This document shows positions 1 through 9,190 of a stretch of DNA of 35,479 nt, piece after piece. Position 1 is the stretch's first letter. Each line of letters opens with the position of its first letter. Made by a program: the position numbers and the translations under genes. This DNA comes from an uncultured Thermoplasmatales archaeon (GTDB lineage Archaea; Thermoplasmatota; Thermoplasmata; Thermoplasmatales; GCA-001856825), in the NCBI GenBank assembly GCA_964391105.1, contig CAYMKC010000003.1, forward strand, positions 1 through 35,479. Direction: 5' to 3'. The notes beneath the pieces were generated by a model. The model had not been told where the DNA came from. It was given only the letters and a program-made list of their open reading frames with translations, and did no database searches.

Positions 1-2
1 CT

Positions 3-785
3 CTGGTTCTGCTCTTCAAGGAGTACAGGTATTTCAATTTCCCAACGAAGCTCTTTGACAGGCCCGAGATTTCTGTATCGATAGTCATAATCATTATGGT
101 ACTGGTGATCGGCGTCCTCGGCACGCTATTCCTGGGTAACCAGTTTAGGCCAAACGTAACAAATTTCGAAACTGCACTCTACTACACCGGAGAGGTGGTG
201 ACAACCCTTGGCTTCGGAGATATACTGCCGGTAACAAGGACAGCCCAGCTATTCAGCATTGGCATGTCTATTCTAGGGATCGGTTCGCTGTTCGGGGCAG
301 TAACAGTTATAGTTGGCCCGTTGATATATGAAAGAGGAAAGAGGGTGGTGGGAATAATTCAAAATTACGAAAGCAAAAGGATGGACAATTACGTGCTCTT
401 CATCGATTTCAACCCCTTGCTCGACTCCCTTCTGAACGATCTAATCAAGAACGACGAACTGATCATAGTTGCAACGGAAGATAATACCAAGACAAGAACG
501 CTTTCTGATAAGAGAATATTCCTGGAGACCGACGGGAACGTCGAGAAGATCATAGCCCCTCTCGATTTGAGGAGGGCAAGACGTATCGTCCTCGGAAGTG
601 AAGACGACGGCAAGAACGTGCTCTACGCTCTTCACATCCTGTCCAATTACCCGGGGGATGAGGTGAAGCAGAAGATGATTTCGCTTGTCAACTTATCTTC
701 GAACGCGGAAAGAATTAGGCCTCTTGTTGGCAACATAATACACCCCTCTAGTCTCATTGCAGAACATTCCAAAGTACTCTTCTGA
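3..785 (+). CDS. Potassium channel protein with C-terminal RCK/TrkA-N-like domain (5'-partial)
   Basis: Selectivity filter TTLGFGD between two hydrophobic helices, then a Rossmann-like RCK region (ARRIVLGSEDDGKNV). The frame is open from position 3, so the gene starts upstream of the window rather than at 96. Confidence 0.85.
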   Translation: MVLLFKEYRYFNFPTKLFDRPEISVSIVIIIMVLVIGVLGTLFLGNQFRPNVTNFETALYYTGEVVTTLGFGDILPVTRTAQLFSIGMSILGIGSLFGAVTVIVGPLIYERGKRVVGIIQNYESKRMDNYVLFIDFNPLLDSLLNDLIKNDELIIVATEDNTKTRTLSDKRIFLETDGNVEKIIAPLDLRRARRIVLGSEDDGKNVLYALHILSNYPGDEVKQKMISLVNLSSNAERIRPLVGNIIHPSSLIAEHSKVLF

Positions 786-815
786 CCTGTTACCTCAACA
801 CCCATTTTAACAGGT
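785..815. terminator. Inverted repeat between convergent genes, possible bidirectional terminator
   Basis: ACCTGTTA (785-792) and TAACAGGT (808-815) form a perfect 8-bp inverted repeat that spans the gap between the two convergent stop codons. Confidence 0.4.
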
Positions 816-3004
816 TAAGAGTTCCGGCCCTTTTGACTAGAGGTACGCATGAGGACGGTTTCTGTCAATTTCAAGTCCCTAATCTCTCTCGCAAAGTGGC
901 ACCGCGCAAAGTGGTTGGAATCCACCTCAGTTAGCTCCGGTCTCTTTGCAGTACATACTTCCTTGACGAATTGGCAGCGGTCAGAGAATTTGCAACCATT
1001 AACCTTTGTCTCCTCGCTCTGCACAAATATCTTCTCTCCAAGCTCTTCGTATATGGATCCCTCTACACCTATGCTGGCCAGCATCAATACGATCGTGTAT
1101 GGATGAGAGCTCTTCTTGATGAGATCCTCGGTGTTCCCACTCTCTACTATTTCTCCCCTGTACATCACATATATCCTATCGCTCAAGTATCTTGCAGAAG
1201 CTATGTCGTGAGTAATGTACAGAATCGATATCCCTTTCTCCTTCCTCAATTTCTTAAGAAGATTCAAGACTCCAGCCCTGAGGGAAACGTCCAACATCGA
1301 GATCGGTTCATCAGCTATCAGTATCTTCGGATTGAGTATCAGACCCCTCGCAATGCACAGTCTCTGCCTCTGCCCACCGCTGAGCTGGTGGGGATATTTG
1401 TCCTTGAAATCTTCGAACGGTACTAACTCCGCAGAGTCCAGAGCCGTCTTCACAAGATCGTCCCTTATCCGCTGAGCCGATCTTTCTTCACTTGATTTCA
1501 TCTCTTCTTCGCTTCCTTCCCCCCTGACATCTTCAGTTCCAGCTATGCTCTTGTTAGTGCTGAGCGGTTCCGCGACTGCATCGTAGACTGAGAACCTTGG
1601 ATTGACACTCTGGAAGGGATCTTGGAATATTGTTTGTACCACCTTTCTGAGCCCCTTGATCCTCGATCTTTCCTTCATCACGACCACCGATCCATTGAGT
1701 CTCACCTCTCCGCTGGTAGGGTACTCCAACAGACCGAGCAACCTGCTTAGCGTTGTTTTACCGCTACCAGTCTCTCCCACCAACGCGACAATCTCCCGCT
1801 CAGATACGTTCAGGTCCACCGCATCAACGGCCACTATCTCGTTTGACCCGGACTTCGAAATCTCTCTCAATCCGCTCTTCTTCTGGAACACCTTGGAGAG
1901 ATTCACCGCCTCGAGAACGGGTGTTGGAATCGCGCCAGTCTTGGCTATGACTTCTTCAGTCTTTTCCTCATCCTTGACTTCCCCTCCGAATATCGGAAGG
2001 ACCACGCATGCAACGTAATGGTTCTTGGATATCTCTACTAGATCGGTTGCGCCTTCTTCCCTGCACTTATCTACTCCGAAATTGCACCTGTCGTAGAACG
2101 GGCATCCTGATATCGGATCTCTGAGTCTCGGAGGGGCACCCTTAATGGGGAGGATCTCAGAAATGTCTTCCTCTAGCCTTGGAATAGAATTGACGAGCAG
2201 ATGAGTGTACGGGTGTTTACCAGCAAGGAAATCGTTTGATGGAAGTTTCTCGACCATTATGCCGGCGTACATTACCATTAGCCGATCGGACAGTCTGGAT
2301 ATCAGAGGCATATCGTGGGATATGTTCAGGAGGGCAACTCCGTTCGACTTCCTGAGCTTGCTGAGCTCCTCAATGATCCGATACTGAGTTATCACGTCGA
2401 GAGACGTTGTTGGTTCGTCCGCAATCACCAGCGAGGGGGTAAGGGATATTGCCATCGCGATGATTACCCTCTGCTTCATTCCTCCACTGAGCTGGTGAGG
2501 ATAAACGCTGTAGACCCAGTCCTCCAGGCCCACCACTCCGAGGAGCCGTATAGACCTTTTCTCAGCTTCCTCCTTCTGCAACCCTTCCTTATAGATGAAA
2601 ATGTCAGAGATTTGGGTCCCAACGGTGTGAACTGGATTGAGAGAGTCCAGTGCTCCCTGAAACACCATAGATATTCCCTTCCACCTTATGACCTTCAGTT
2701 GATCCTCTATCTTCCTCTCTTTTGCGTTGTATCTTATAGAATAGGACGCACCCATTTTTGAGTCCACAATGACCTGCCCCTTGAACAGGATTCTACCCGA
2801 CGTCACCTTTGCGTTTGGGGGAAGTATGTGAGCGATTGCCATTGCAAGAGTAGACTTGCCGCACCCGCTCTCTCCGACAACACCGATCGATTCGTTCTCC
2901 CTGACACCGAAAGTTACGTGACTGACTGCATATATTCTAGCGGAACCTATCGTGTATTCGATCGAAAGATCGTCTACGTAAAGCACATACTCTTCGTAAC
3001 CCAT
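815..3004 (-). CDS. Oligopeptide/dipeptide ABC transporter ATP-binding protein, fused OppD-OppF type
   Basis: Two ABC domains with Walker A GESGCGKST and GETGSGKTT, signatures YPHQLSGGMKQR and YPHQLSGGQRQR, Walker B IADEP twice. Each is followed by an HPYT...Cys-rich oligo_HPY tail. Confidence 0.93.
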   Translation of the reverse strand: MGYEEYVLYVDDLSIEYTIGSARIYAVSHVTFGVRENESIGVVGESGCGKSTLAMAIAHILPPNAKVTSGRILFKGQVIVDSKMGASYSIRYNAKERKIEDQLKVIRWKGISMVFQGALDSLNPVHTVGTQISDIFIYKEGLQKEEAEKRSIRLLGVVGLEDWVYSVYPHQLSGGMKQRVIIAMAISLTPSLVIADEPTTSLDVITQYRIIEELSKLRKSNGVALLNISHDMPLISRLSDRLMVMYAGIMVEKLPSNDFLAGKHPYTHLLVNSIPRLEEDISEILPIKGAPPRLRDPISGCPFYDRCNFGVDKCREEGATDLVEISKNHYVACVVLPIFGGEVKDEEKTEEVIAKTGAIPTPVLEAVNLSKVFQKKSGLREISKSGSNEIVAVDAVDLNVSEREIVALVGETGSGKTTLSRLLGLLEYPTSGEVRLNGSVVVMKERSRIKGLRKVVQTIFQDPFQSVNPRFSVYDAVAEPLSTNKSIAGTEDVRGEGSEEEMKSSEERSAQRIRDDLVKTALDSAELVPFEDFKDKYPHQLSGGQRQRLCIARGLILNPKILIADEPISMLDVSLRAGVLNLLKKLRKEKGISILYITHDIASARYLSDRIYVMYRGEIVESGNTEDLIKKSSHPYTIVLMLASIGVEGSIYEELGEKIFVQSEETKVNGCKFSDRCQFVKEVCTAKRPELTEVDSNHFARCHFAREIRDLKLTETVLMRTSSQKGRNS

Positions 3005-3007
3005 CTC

Positions 3008-3901
3008 TTATCTCCTCAAGCTGACATCGTTTACTTCCCTTATTGTGTCACCCATCATGTTCGTAGCTATGACAATAAGTACGATGAAAAGGCCCGGCAT
3101 AACCGATATCCACCACTGACCCGATAGAACGTACTGAAGGCCCTCGCTAATCATTGCACCGAGCTCGGGCGTGGGAGGGTGAATCCCAACACCAAGGAAA
3201 CTGAGTGCAGCTGCCACGTTTATTGCGGTGCCCAGTCCCAGCGCATAGAGCACAAGGGTCGGCGCTATTGAGGGGGGCAATATGTGCTTGAAGAGTATGT
3301 GTGTCTTTGATGCCCCCTGTGAAATGGAAGCAGTAACGTAGAGCTCATTCTTTGTTGACAGAACGGTGCTTCTCGCCACTCTGGAAAAGACCGGAATAGA
3401 TGTCACCGTGATCGCGATGACTATCGAAAGAAACCCGGTTCCAAGTATTACCGATATCGCTATGGCAAAGATCAGACTCGGGAAGGCAAGAAACACATCC
3501 ATAACCCTCATAATACCATTGTCCGCGATCCTTCCAAAGTAACCCGCAACAATCCCGGCGAGAACCCCGATAACGTAAGCTATAGTCACCGAGAGGAATG
3601 CGATCTCGAGATCCAGTCGTATGGCAAAAATGACCCTGGAAAAAACGTCCCGACCAAAGTCATCAGTACCCATAAGGTGGGCGTTGGATGGAGGCAACAG
3701 TCTCTGGCTGAGATTCAACGAAAGGGGATTGTAGGGGGCTAGGTGAGGCGCAAAAATAGCCAAGACCACGTAGAACAGAAGGATCACTAGAGAAACTACG
3801 CCGGTCTTGCTCTTGAGAAAGAGGGTGAGCGGCAGAGAGATGTTCCTCGTCGACCTCGACTTCCTCAGTTCATCCATTCTACTCGCGAGACTGTCCATCA
3901 C
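3008..3901 (-). CDS. dppC: Peptide ABC transporter permease (DppC/OppC family)
   Basis: HLMGTDDFGRDVFSR motif, EAA-like loop (YVTASISQGAS...HILP) and several TM helices. Start is GTG 3901 or ATG 3898. Confidence 0.92.
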   Translation of the reverse strand: MMDSLASRMDELRKSRSTRNISLPLTLFLKSKTGVVSLVILLFYVVLAIFAPHLAPYNPLSLNLSQRLLPPSNAHLMGTDDFGRDVFSRVIFAIRLDLEIAFLSVTIAYVIGVLAGIVAGYFGRIADNGIMRVMDVFLAFPSLIFAIAISVILGTGFLSIVIAITVTSIPVFSRVARSTVLSTKNELYVTASISQGASKTHILFKHILPPSIAPTLVLYALGLGTAINVAAALSFLGVGIHPPTPELGAMISEGLQYVLSGQWWISVMPGLFIVLIVIATNMMGDTIREVNDVSLRR

Positions 3902-3906
3902 ACCAC

Positions 3907-4929
3907 CTAATATTTCACCCTGGGGTCGACTACCCCGTACAGAATGTCAGCGAGGAAATTCACCAGCACGAATACTATACCAGATACTATCGTGACTGCC
4001 ATTATGCTGGGGTAATCGAGGCTAAGGATTGAATTGTAGGTGTACAGCCCCAGCCCTGGCCAAGAGAATATGGTCTCGGTAAGGACTACGCCTCCCATTA
4101 GAGCGCCCATCTGTATGGCGGTGACAGTGATAGTCGGTAGAAGCGCATTTCTGAGGGCGTATTTGTTTATCAAGACGTCTCTCGGAAGGCCTATTGCAAA
4201 TGCCGTCCTCATGTAGTCCTTGTTGACAACATCCAGCATACTGGCCCTCATGACCCTGGCAAGGAGCGCAATGATCGCGAACGATAGCCCTACAGCCGGA
4301 AGGACAATGTGCCAAACTGAGTTGGCAAAATCGATAATATTACCAGAGATCAGACTGTCCAGAATAACGAATCCAGTGATTGTTGGAGGATAATTGAGCT
4401 GGGGGGACAATTGTCCAAAGGGAGGAGGGGCAATGTGAAGATAGGAGAAGAATACGATTATCAGGAGAACGTCGATGAAAAAGACAGGCATCGATATGCC
4501 CAGCAGGGAAGCTATCCTGACTCCGTGGTCACCAGCGCGATTCGCTCTGAGGGCAGCAAAGATCCCGACGTATATCCCTATCGGCACTCCGATTATCATC
4601 GACGCAAATGCCAGCTCGATGCTGGCGGGGAACCTGGATCCAATTTCTTGCGAAATGTACTGACCCTGAACGAACGAGTAGCCGAGATTGAAGTGGACAA
4701 GCTGTGCGAGATAAATGTAGAATTGAACGTATAGCGGCCTATTGAGACCAAGTTCGGCTTCAAGAACGTGCAGCTCCTGAGGGTTCGTTACGACTTCGGG
4801 TCCGCCCAGAATTATTGCAGGGTTACCGGGAATAACATGAGAAATGAAAAAAGTTAAAATAATTAGGCCGAGGATGGTGGGCACAAGTGCCACCGCCCTC
4901 AGCACCAGGAATCTGTAGAACCCCTTCAT
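3907..4929 (-). CDS. dppB: Peptide ABC transporter permease (DppB/OppB family)
   Basis: PGNPA...LGLNRPLYVQF, DYMRTAFAIGL...YALRNALLP, ETIFSWPGLG and C-terminal DPRVKY. Confidence 0.93.
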   Translation of the reverse strand: MKGFYRFLVLRAVALVPTILGLIILTFFISHVIPGNPAIILGGPEVVTNPQELHVLEAELGLNRPLYVQFYIYLAQLVHFNLGYSFVQGQYISQEIGSRFPASIELAFASMIIGVPIGIYVGIFAALRANRAGDHGVRIASLLGISMPVFFIDVLLIIVFFSYLHIAPPPFGQLSPQLNYPPTITGFVILDSLISGNIIDFANSVWHIVLPAVGLSFAIIALLARVMRASMLDVVNKDYMRTAFAIGLPRDVLINKYALRNALLPTITVTAIQMGALMGGVVLTETIFSWPGLGLYTYNSILSLDYPSIMAVTIVSGIVFVLVNFLADILYGVVDPRVKY

Positions 4930-6551
4930 TACGACACGGTCACTTGATCAAAGAATATGTCGAATGTCGGGTAGATATAGAGGTTGTGCACGTTGCTGGT
5001 CACGGGAATCACGTTCTCAAGGTTGAACAGCGGTACCTCTACCGCCTGGCTGGCTAGAATCTCCTGTGCGTTAACGTAGAGTGCGTCCCTCTGGCCCTTG
5101 TCATAAAGCTTTCCTGCTGTTATAACGTCTTGTGTAACCGTGCTGTTGTTGAAGTAGTTGTAGTTGCCATAGATTCCTAGGTTGTGCGAGCTGAAAAGAG
5201 GTCTCAGCCCGTCGTCCGGTGTTGCGAGCAGGTTTACCCATCCGTCATAGAACATAGGGTAGTGCCCTAGTCCAACTTCGCTCTCGTACGTTGCTGGCGT
5301 TATTGGATAGAGGGTTACATTGATGTTCACCTGTTTTAGCTCTGACTGCAGTATCGTGGCAAGTGCAGTGCCGATTGGGTCTCCGGCTGCGAAATAGAAG
5401 GACGTGTTGAAACCGTGACTGTACCCTGCCAGTGACAGGTAGTCCTTTGCTTCCGTGATGTTGAAGGTATAATTCTTGAAAGCAGGGATGTAGGCTTCAA
5501 TAGATGGGGCCATAGTGTCCAGTAACGGGACTCCGTATCCGAAGGTTGATCCCGCGACTAGTTCCGTAACATTAACGGCATAGTTTATCGCCTTCCTCAC
5601 ATCAACGTTGTTGAATGGGGTGACGTTCTCGTCCAGTCCGATGTAGTACTCGGACGATGTTGGACCCGAGAGAACCTTCACGCTGCTACTGCTAAGGCTG
5701 CTCATCTGGTCAAGAGGAATGTTCAGCGCTATATTGATAGAACCAGACTGCAGCGAGCTTTCCTGTGTGGTTGGGCTGGTACCCTGCTCAAATATCAGCC
5801 TTGTGACGTTTGGCTTTGGACCATAGTAGTGAGGATTTGCCACGAGTATTATTTGAGAGTTTGTGTAGTTGTTCGTGCCCGGTGAAAGCTCATACGGACC
5901 TGTTCCTACCGCGTGATTTGACATGTAAGTATTGACCTGGTCCTTCACCACTCCTCCGTGTGCATTTACAACGCCTGGGTCCACGATGTCTGTAACCCAT
6001 AACTGGAATAGGTCCAAGAACCATGGGTCGGGTGCGAAAGGAATGAATTCAATCTGGTACGGTCCCAGAACCTTGATCCCACTAGAATTCAGGAACTGAG
6101 AAACGTGGAAGGAATCTCCCTGGCTCATCGTTATGATCCTGTTTATGCTGTATGCCACATCGGATGCATTGAACTGGTCACCGTTGGAGAAGGTGACGTT
6201 GTGTCTCAGATTGAACGTTATAGCACCCGTGGTATTGTTTATGCTCCAACTGGTCGCAAGTTCCGGCACCGGGGCCAGAGAACCAAATGTCGTACCATTG
6301 ACCACTTTTGTTCCATATCCTACCAGAGTCTGATATATTTGGTCATCAAAAAGGACCGAATACGTATCGAAAGCAACTGCGGGATCCAACGACGTTGGAG
6401 TTGCAGAGCTTGCAATCGTCAGTGTTGCACCGGTTCCAGCGGAGGGCTTTGTTGGGTGTTTGTAGTAGATCCCATAATATGCTCCCAGCCCGGCAACAAT
6501 CACGATGACGACTATCACGACTCCGATGATAATCCTCGCTCTAGGCGTCAT
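4929..6551 (-). CDS. dppA: Peptide ABC transporter substrate-binding protein (family 5), N-terminal TM anchor
   Basis: SLDPA, PELATSW, LRHNVTFSNG..FNASDV, GTGPY, PFNNVDVRKAINYAVN. Start moved from TTG 6602 to ATG 6551 (MTPRAR followed by a hydrophobic helix). Its stop overlaps the dppB start as TAATG. Confidence 0.92.
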   Translation of the reverse strand: MTPRARIIIGVVIVVIVIVAGLGAYYGIYYKHPTKPSAGTGATLTIASSATPTSLDPAVAFDTYSVLFDDQIYQTLVGYGTKVVNGTTFGSLAPVPELATSWSINNTTGAITFNLRHNVTFSNGDQFNASDVAYSINRIITMSQGDSFHVSQFLNSSGIKVLGPYQIEFIPFAPDPWFLDLFQLWVTDIVDPGVVNAHGGVVKDQVNTYMSNHAVGTGPYELSPGTNNYTNSQIILVANPHYYGPKPNVTRLIFEQGTSPTTQESSLQSGSINIALNIPLDQMSSLSSSSVKVLSGPTSSEYYIGLDENVTPFNNVDVRKAINYAVNVTELVAGSTFGYGVPLLDTMAPSIEAYIPAFKNYTFNITEAKDYLSLAGYSHGFNTSFYFAAGDPIGTALATILQSELKQVNINVTLYPITPATYESEVGLGHYPMFYDGWVNLLATPDDGLRPLFSSHNLGIYGNYNYFNNSTVTQDVITAGKLYDKGQRDALYVNAQEILASQAVEVPLFNLENVIPVTSNVHNLYIYPTFDIFFDQVTVS

Positions 6552-6686
6552 GAACAACACTATTTTATTGGAAGTAGTTAACAGTTCCTCGAACAGGTAC
6601 AATTTTGTTTTATATACTTAAAGATATTAATAATAATTAAAATAGCTCGCAGAAAAGACCACTTCTACCCTCTCCCTCAATATACC

Positions 6687-8249
6687 TCATAACTCTGCTG
6701 GAATCGAAACTCCGTCCCCCCGACTGTCAGAACCTCCCACTACAGTTCCATTATTGAGCCTTGCAGTTATCTGGGCATGTCCGAAGTGCGAAGATTGTCC
6801 CAGGTTTCTCACTTCCCTTCCCGGGAAGAGACCCGTTATCTCCCTCAACTGCTCTTCCGTTTCCACTATTATGGCTCCGGGTTTCTCGTAGATAGTGTAA
6901 GGGAAAGCCCATCTCGGCGAATCGATAACCGATTGAGGATCGTCCTTGTTCTTCATAAGACCCAGCATCAGTTGGATGTGAAGTTGAGGCTGGATGTCGC
7001 CACCCATTGATCCAAGGGACGAAATGTAACCTGATTCGTCTTCAATCATTCCGGCACAAAGGGTGTGGAAGGTTCTCTTACCGGGTTTCAGTGCATTATG
7101 ATGCTCGGGATTCAGACTAAAATAACTTCCACGGTTCTGCAAGACGAACCCCGTGTCCTTCGGCACTATTCCGGATCCAAACCCCATGTAGTTGCTCTGG
7201 ATAAAGGATATACTGTTTCCCTCCGTATCCGTGATCGAAAAATAGGTCGTGTCTCCCTTATCAAGTACCAACTTCTCTTCGGCCTTTTGCATAGAATATC
7301 TTTCCAGGATTTCCTTTGCATACTCGTCGGAAGTGAATCTTTCTGGGAGCGGATGGAATGATGGATCGGCGATGTGTTTGTCTCTCTCCCGATAAGCGAT
7401 GTGTCCCGTTTCCAGGATCGCTCGAAGTGAAGGGTTTCCACCCTTCAAGCTCAGGAGGTTGAGCCAGAGTATTGCTGTCACAGCCTGACTGTTCGGAGCT
7501 GTTTCGTAGACATCGAAAGCTCCATACTTGGTTCTAACAGGGTCCTGAAAAGTAGATTCATGTTTCTTCATGTCCTCCTGCGTGATCTGTACTTCAAGTT
7601 CTTTGAGACCTTTAACAATTCTCTCCGAGAGCGGCCCGTCATAGAAGGAAGACAACCCGTCAGAGATTAGGGACTCGAATGTATTTGCCAGCTGTTCCTG
7701 TTTGAATATCGTACCCGGAGAAGGTGGAGACCCCCCCTTCATGAATATGTCTTTCCAGTTGGAATACTCTCCAAGGTACCTGGAGCTTATTCCTATGGAT
7801 TCGGAGTAGTTATGAGTCACGGGAAAACCTTCCCTTGCATACCCACGTGCATATTTTAGTAGGTCCTTCACGCTCATCGTTCCATACCTCTTGTGCAGAT
7901 CATCCCACACCCTGACAAGGCCCGGCACGGTCAGAACGGAGTCTTTCCCCCTCATGGGCAACTCAGTCATCCCCCTTTCCAGGAAATGTTCGATGGACAC
8001 GCTGTTGAAAGCCCTCCCGCTGCCACCTATGTTCACTACCTGCTTACCTTCCACTTTTAGAAGTACAAAGGCGTCTCCTCCGAGTCCGCACATGTTGTTC
8101 TGGGTCACGCACAGAGTAGAGCTCGTCGCAATTGCTGCGTCAACTATGTTTCCTCCCTCTTCCAGAACCCTGGCTCCAGCCATTGAAGACTGGATGCTCG
8201 AGGAAGACACAACTCCCTTCTTTGAAAATGCATTGGGTCTAGTTCTCAC
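6687..8249 (-). CDS. ggt: Gamma-glutamyltransferase (Ntn-hydrolase)
   Basis: GGNIVDAAIA, CGLGGDAF, TVPG, autocleavage site GD|TTYFS, LQNRG, PGKRTFHTL, GSMGGDIQPQ, GGSDSRGDG. Confidence 0.93.
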   Translation of the reverse strand: MRTRPNAFSKKGVVSSSSIQSSMAGARVLEEGGNIVDAAIATSSTLCVTQNNMCGLGGDAFVLLKVEGKQVVNIGGSGRAFNSVSIEHFLERGMTELPMRGKDSVLTVPGLVRVWDDLHKRYGTMSVKDLLKYARGYAREGFPVTHNYSESIGISSRYLGEYSNWKDIFMKGGSPPSPGTIFKQEQLANTFESLISDGLSSFYDGPLSERIVKGLKELEVQITQEDMKKHESTFQDPVRTKYGAFDVYETAPNSQAVTAILWLNLLSLKGGNPSLRAILETGHIAYRERDKHIADPSFHPLPERFTSDEYAKEILERYSMQKAEEKLVLDKGDTTYFSITDTEGNSISFIQSNYMGFGSGIVPKDTGFVLQNRGSYFSLNPEHHNALKPGKRTFHTLCAGMIEDESGYISSLGSMGGDIQPQLHIQLMLGLMKNKDDPQSVIDSPRWAFPYTIYEKPGAIIVETEEQLREITGLFPGREVRNLGQSSHFGHAQITARLNNGTVVGGSDSRGDGVSIPAEL

Positions 8250-8269
8250 GACTCACTACTGATTATGGA

Positions 8270-8282
8270 GTTATAAATTTAT
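8270..8282 (-). promoter_or_regulatory. TATA box of ggt (probably leaderless transcript)
   Basis: TTTATAAC on the minus strand (8270-8277), 21-28 nt upstream of the GTG start, overlapping the palindrome ATAAATTTAT (8273-8282). Confidence 0.5.
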
Positions 8283-8317
8283 GTTATAGGGAAGACACAG
8301 CTACATTCGCCACAGCT

Positions 8318-9025
8318 CTATGCTCTCTTTGAACGCTGCATGAACAGTTCCTTCTCTGCTTTCCTCAGCCTGTAGGAGAGCGTTGCTTTTGGGAGCATGA
8401 GGTCGTCACTTAGCCCAGAGAGCGATATCTTTCTGGGCCAGTCATAGTAGCCCTCTAGGACTGCCTTTTCCAGTATCTGCCTGTTCGACGCCGGTAGATC
8501 TTCTACCTGGTGGATTCTCCACATGTCTAGGAACAGATGGGTATAGGTCTCATAGAACTCCGAGATGCTGAGTTTTCTCCACTCGACGAGCTTCGTAGTT
8601 TCGTCATTGATGGAAGAGAGCAGGGGAGTTATGTTCTCTTCGGTCAGGTGGTAGAACCACTTCTCTAGTCCGTCCTTAGCAAATAGGGGATAGAGCCTGA
8701 ACCCGAATTCGGATAGCCTGTAGAGCGCAGAGGTAGTAGGAAAGGAGTAAATTGCCGAGAACAGCTGCTTCTTGATTCCAACCACTTCGTGGATCTCGAG
8801 TTCCGGAAACTTGGAGAGCATGTTGATCGCCTCTTTGGTGCCCTTCTGATTCGGGGCCCTAAAGATGCTAAAGTTCATCTGGACATTCTTGCTCACTCTG
8901 ACTGTGTTCATCACCAGTATGGACAATCCCCTCATCCGGGAGGTCAGCACGGGATGGGGACAGTCGGTCTGAGAAATGGAGAGTTCTAGTATTCTTCCCA
9001 CGGCACTATACTTCAATTTGGACAT
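8318..9025 (-). CDS. HTH_10 (Bat/bacterio-opsin activator-like) transcriptional regulator
   Basis: C-terminal RQILEKAVLEGYYDWPRKISLSGLSDDL..PKATLSYRLRKAE matches the HTH_10 pattern, with an N-terminal DCPH motif. ATG 9025 is preferred over 9103. Confidence 0.85.
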   Translation of the reverse strand: MSKLKYSAVGRILELSISQTDCPHPVLTSRMRGLSILVMNTVRVSKNVQMNFSIFRAPNQKGTKEAINMLSKFPELEIHEVVGIKKQLFSAIYSFPTTSALYRLSEFGFRLYPLFAKDGLEKWFYHLTEENITPLLSSINDETTKLVEWRKLSISEFYETYTHLFLDMWRIHQVEDLPASNRQILEKAVLEGYYDWPRKISLSGLSDDLMLPKATLSYRLRKAEKELFMQRSKRA

Positions 9026-9190
9026 TAAATTATCGCAAGGAATTGCGTTGGTTAATTGTATTTGACTGACCAGATACAGAATGAACTGGTAGACTCTACA
9101 CATTCGACCCCTAACAAGTCCTATTAGCTACTTTGGAGTCGTTAGAATTTTCTACGATATCGGATTGAACCTTCAGTAGAGAGATTTCAA

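Noticed and set aside
6552-6602. Extended N-terminus of the binding protein (TTG 6602)
   Set aside because: It runs into AT-rich leader/promoter DNA; ATG 6551 gives a normal basic-plus-hydrophobic N-terminus.
9026-9103. Extended N-terminus of the HTH_10 regulator
   Set aside because: It looks like intergenic sequence between divergent genes; ATG 9025 gives a typical family length.
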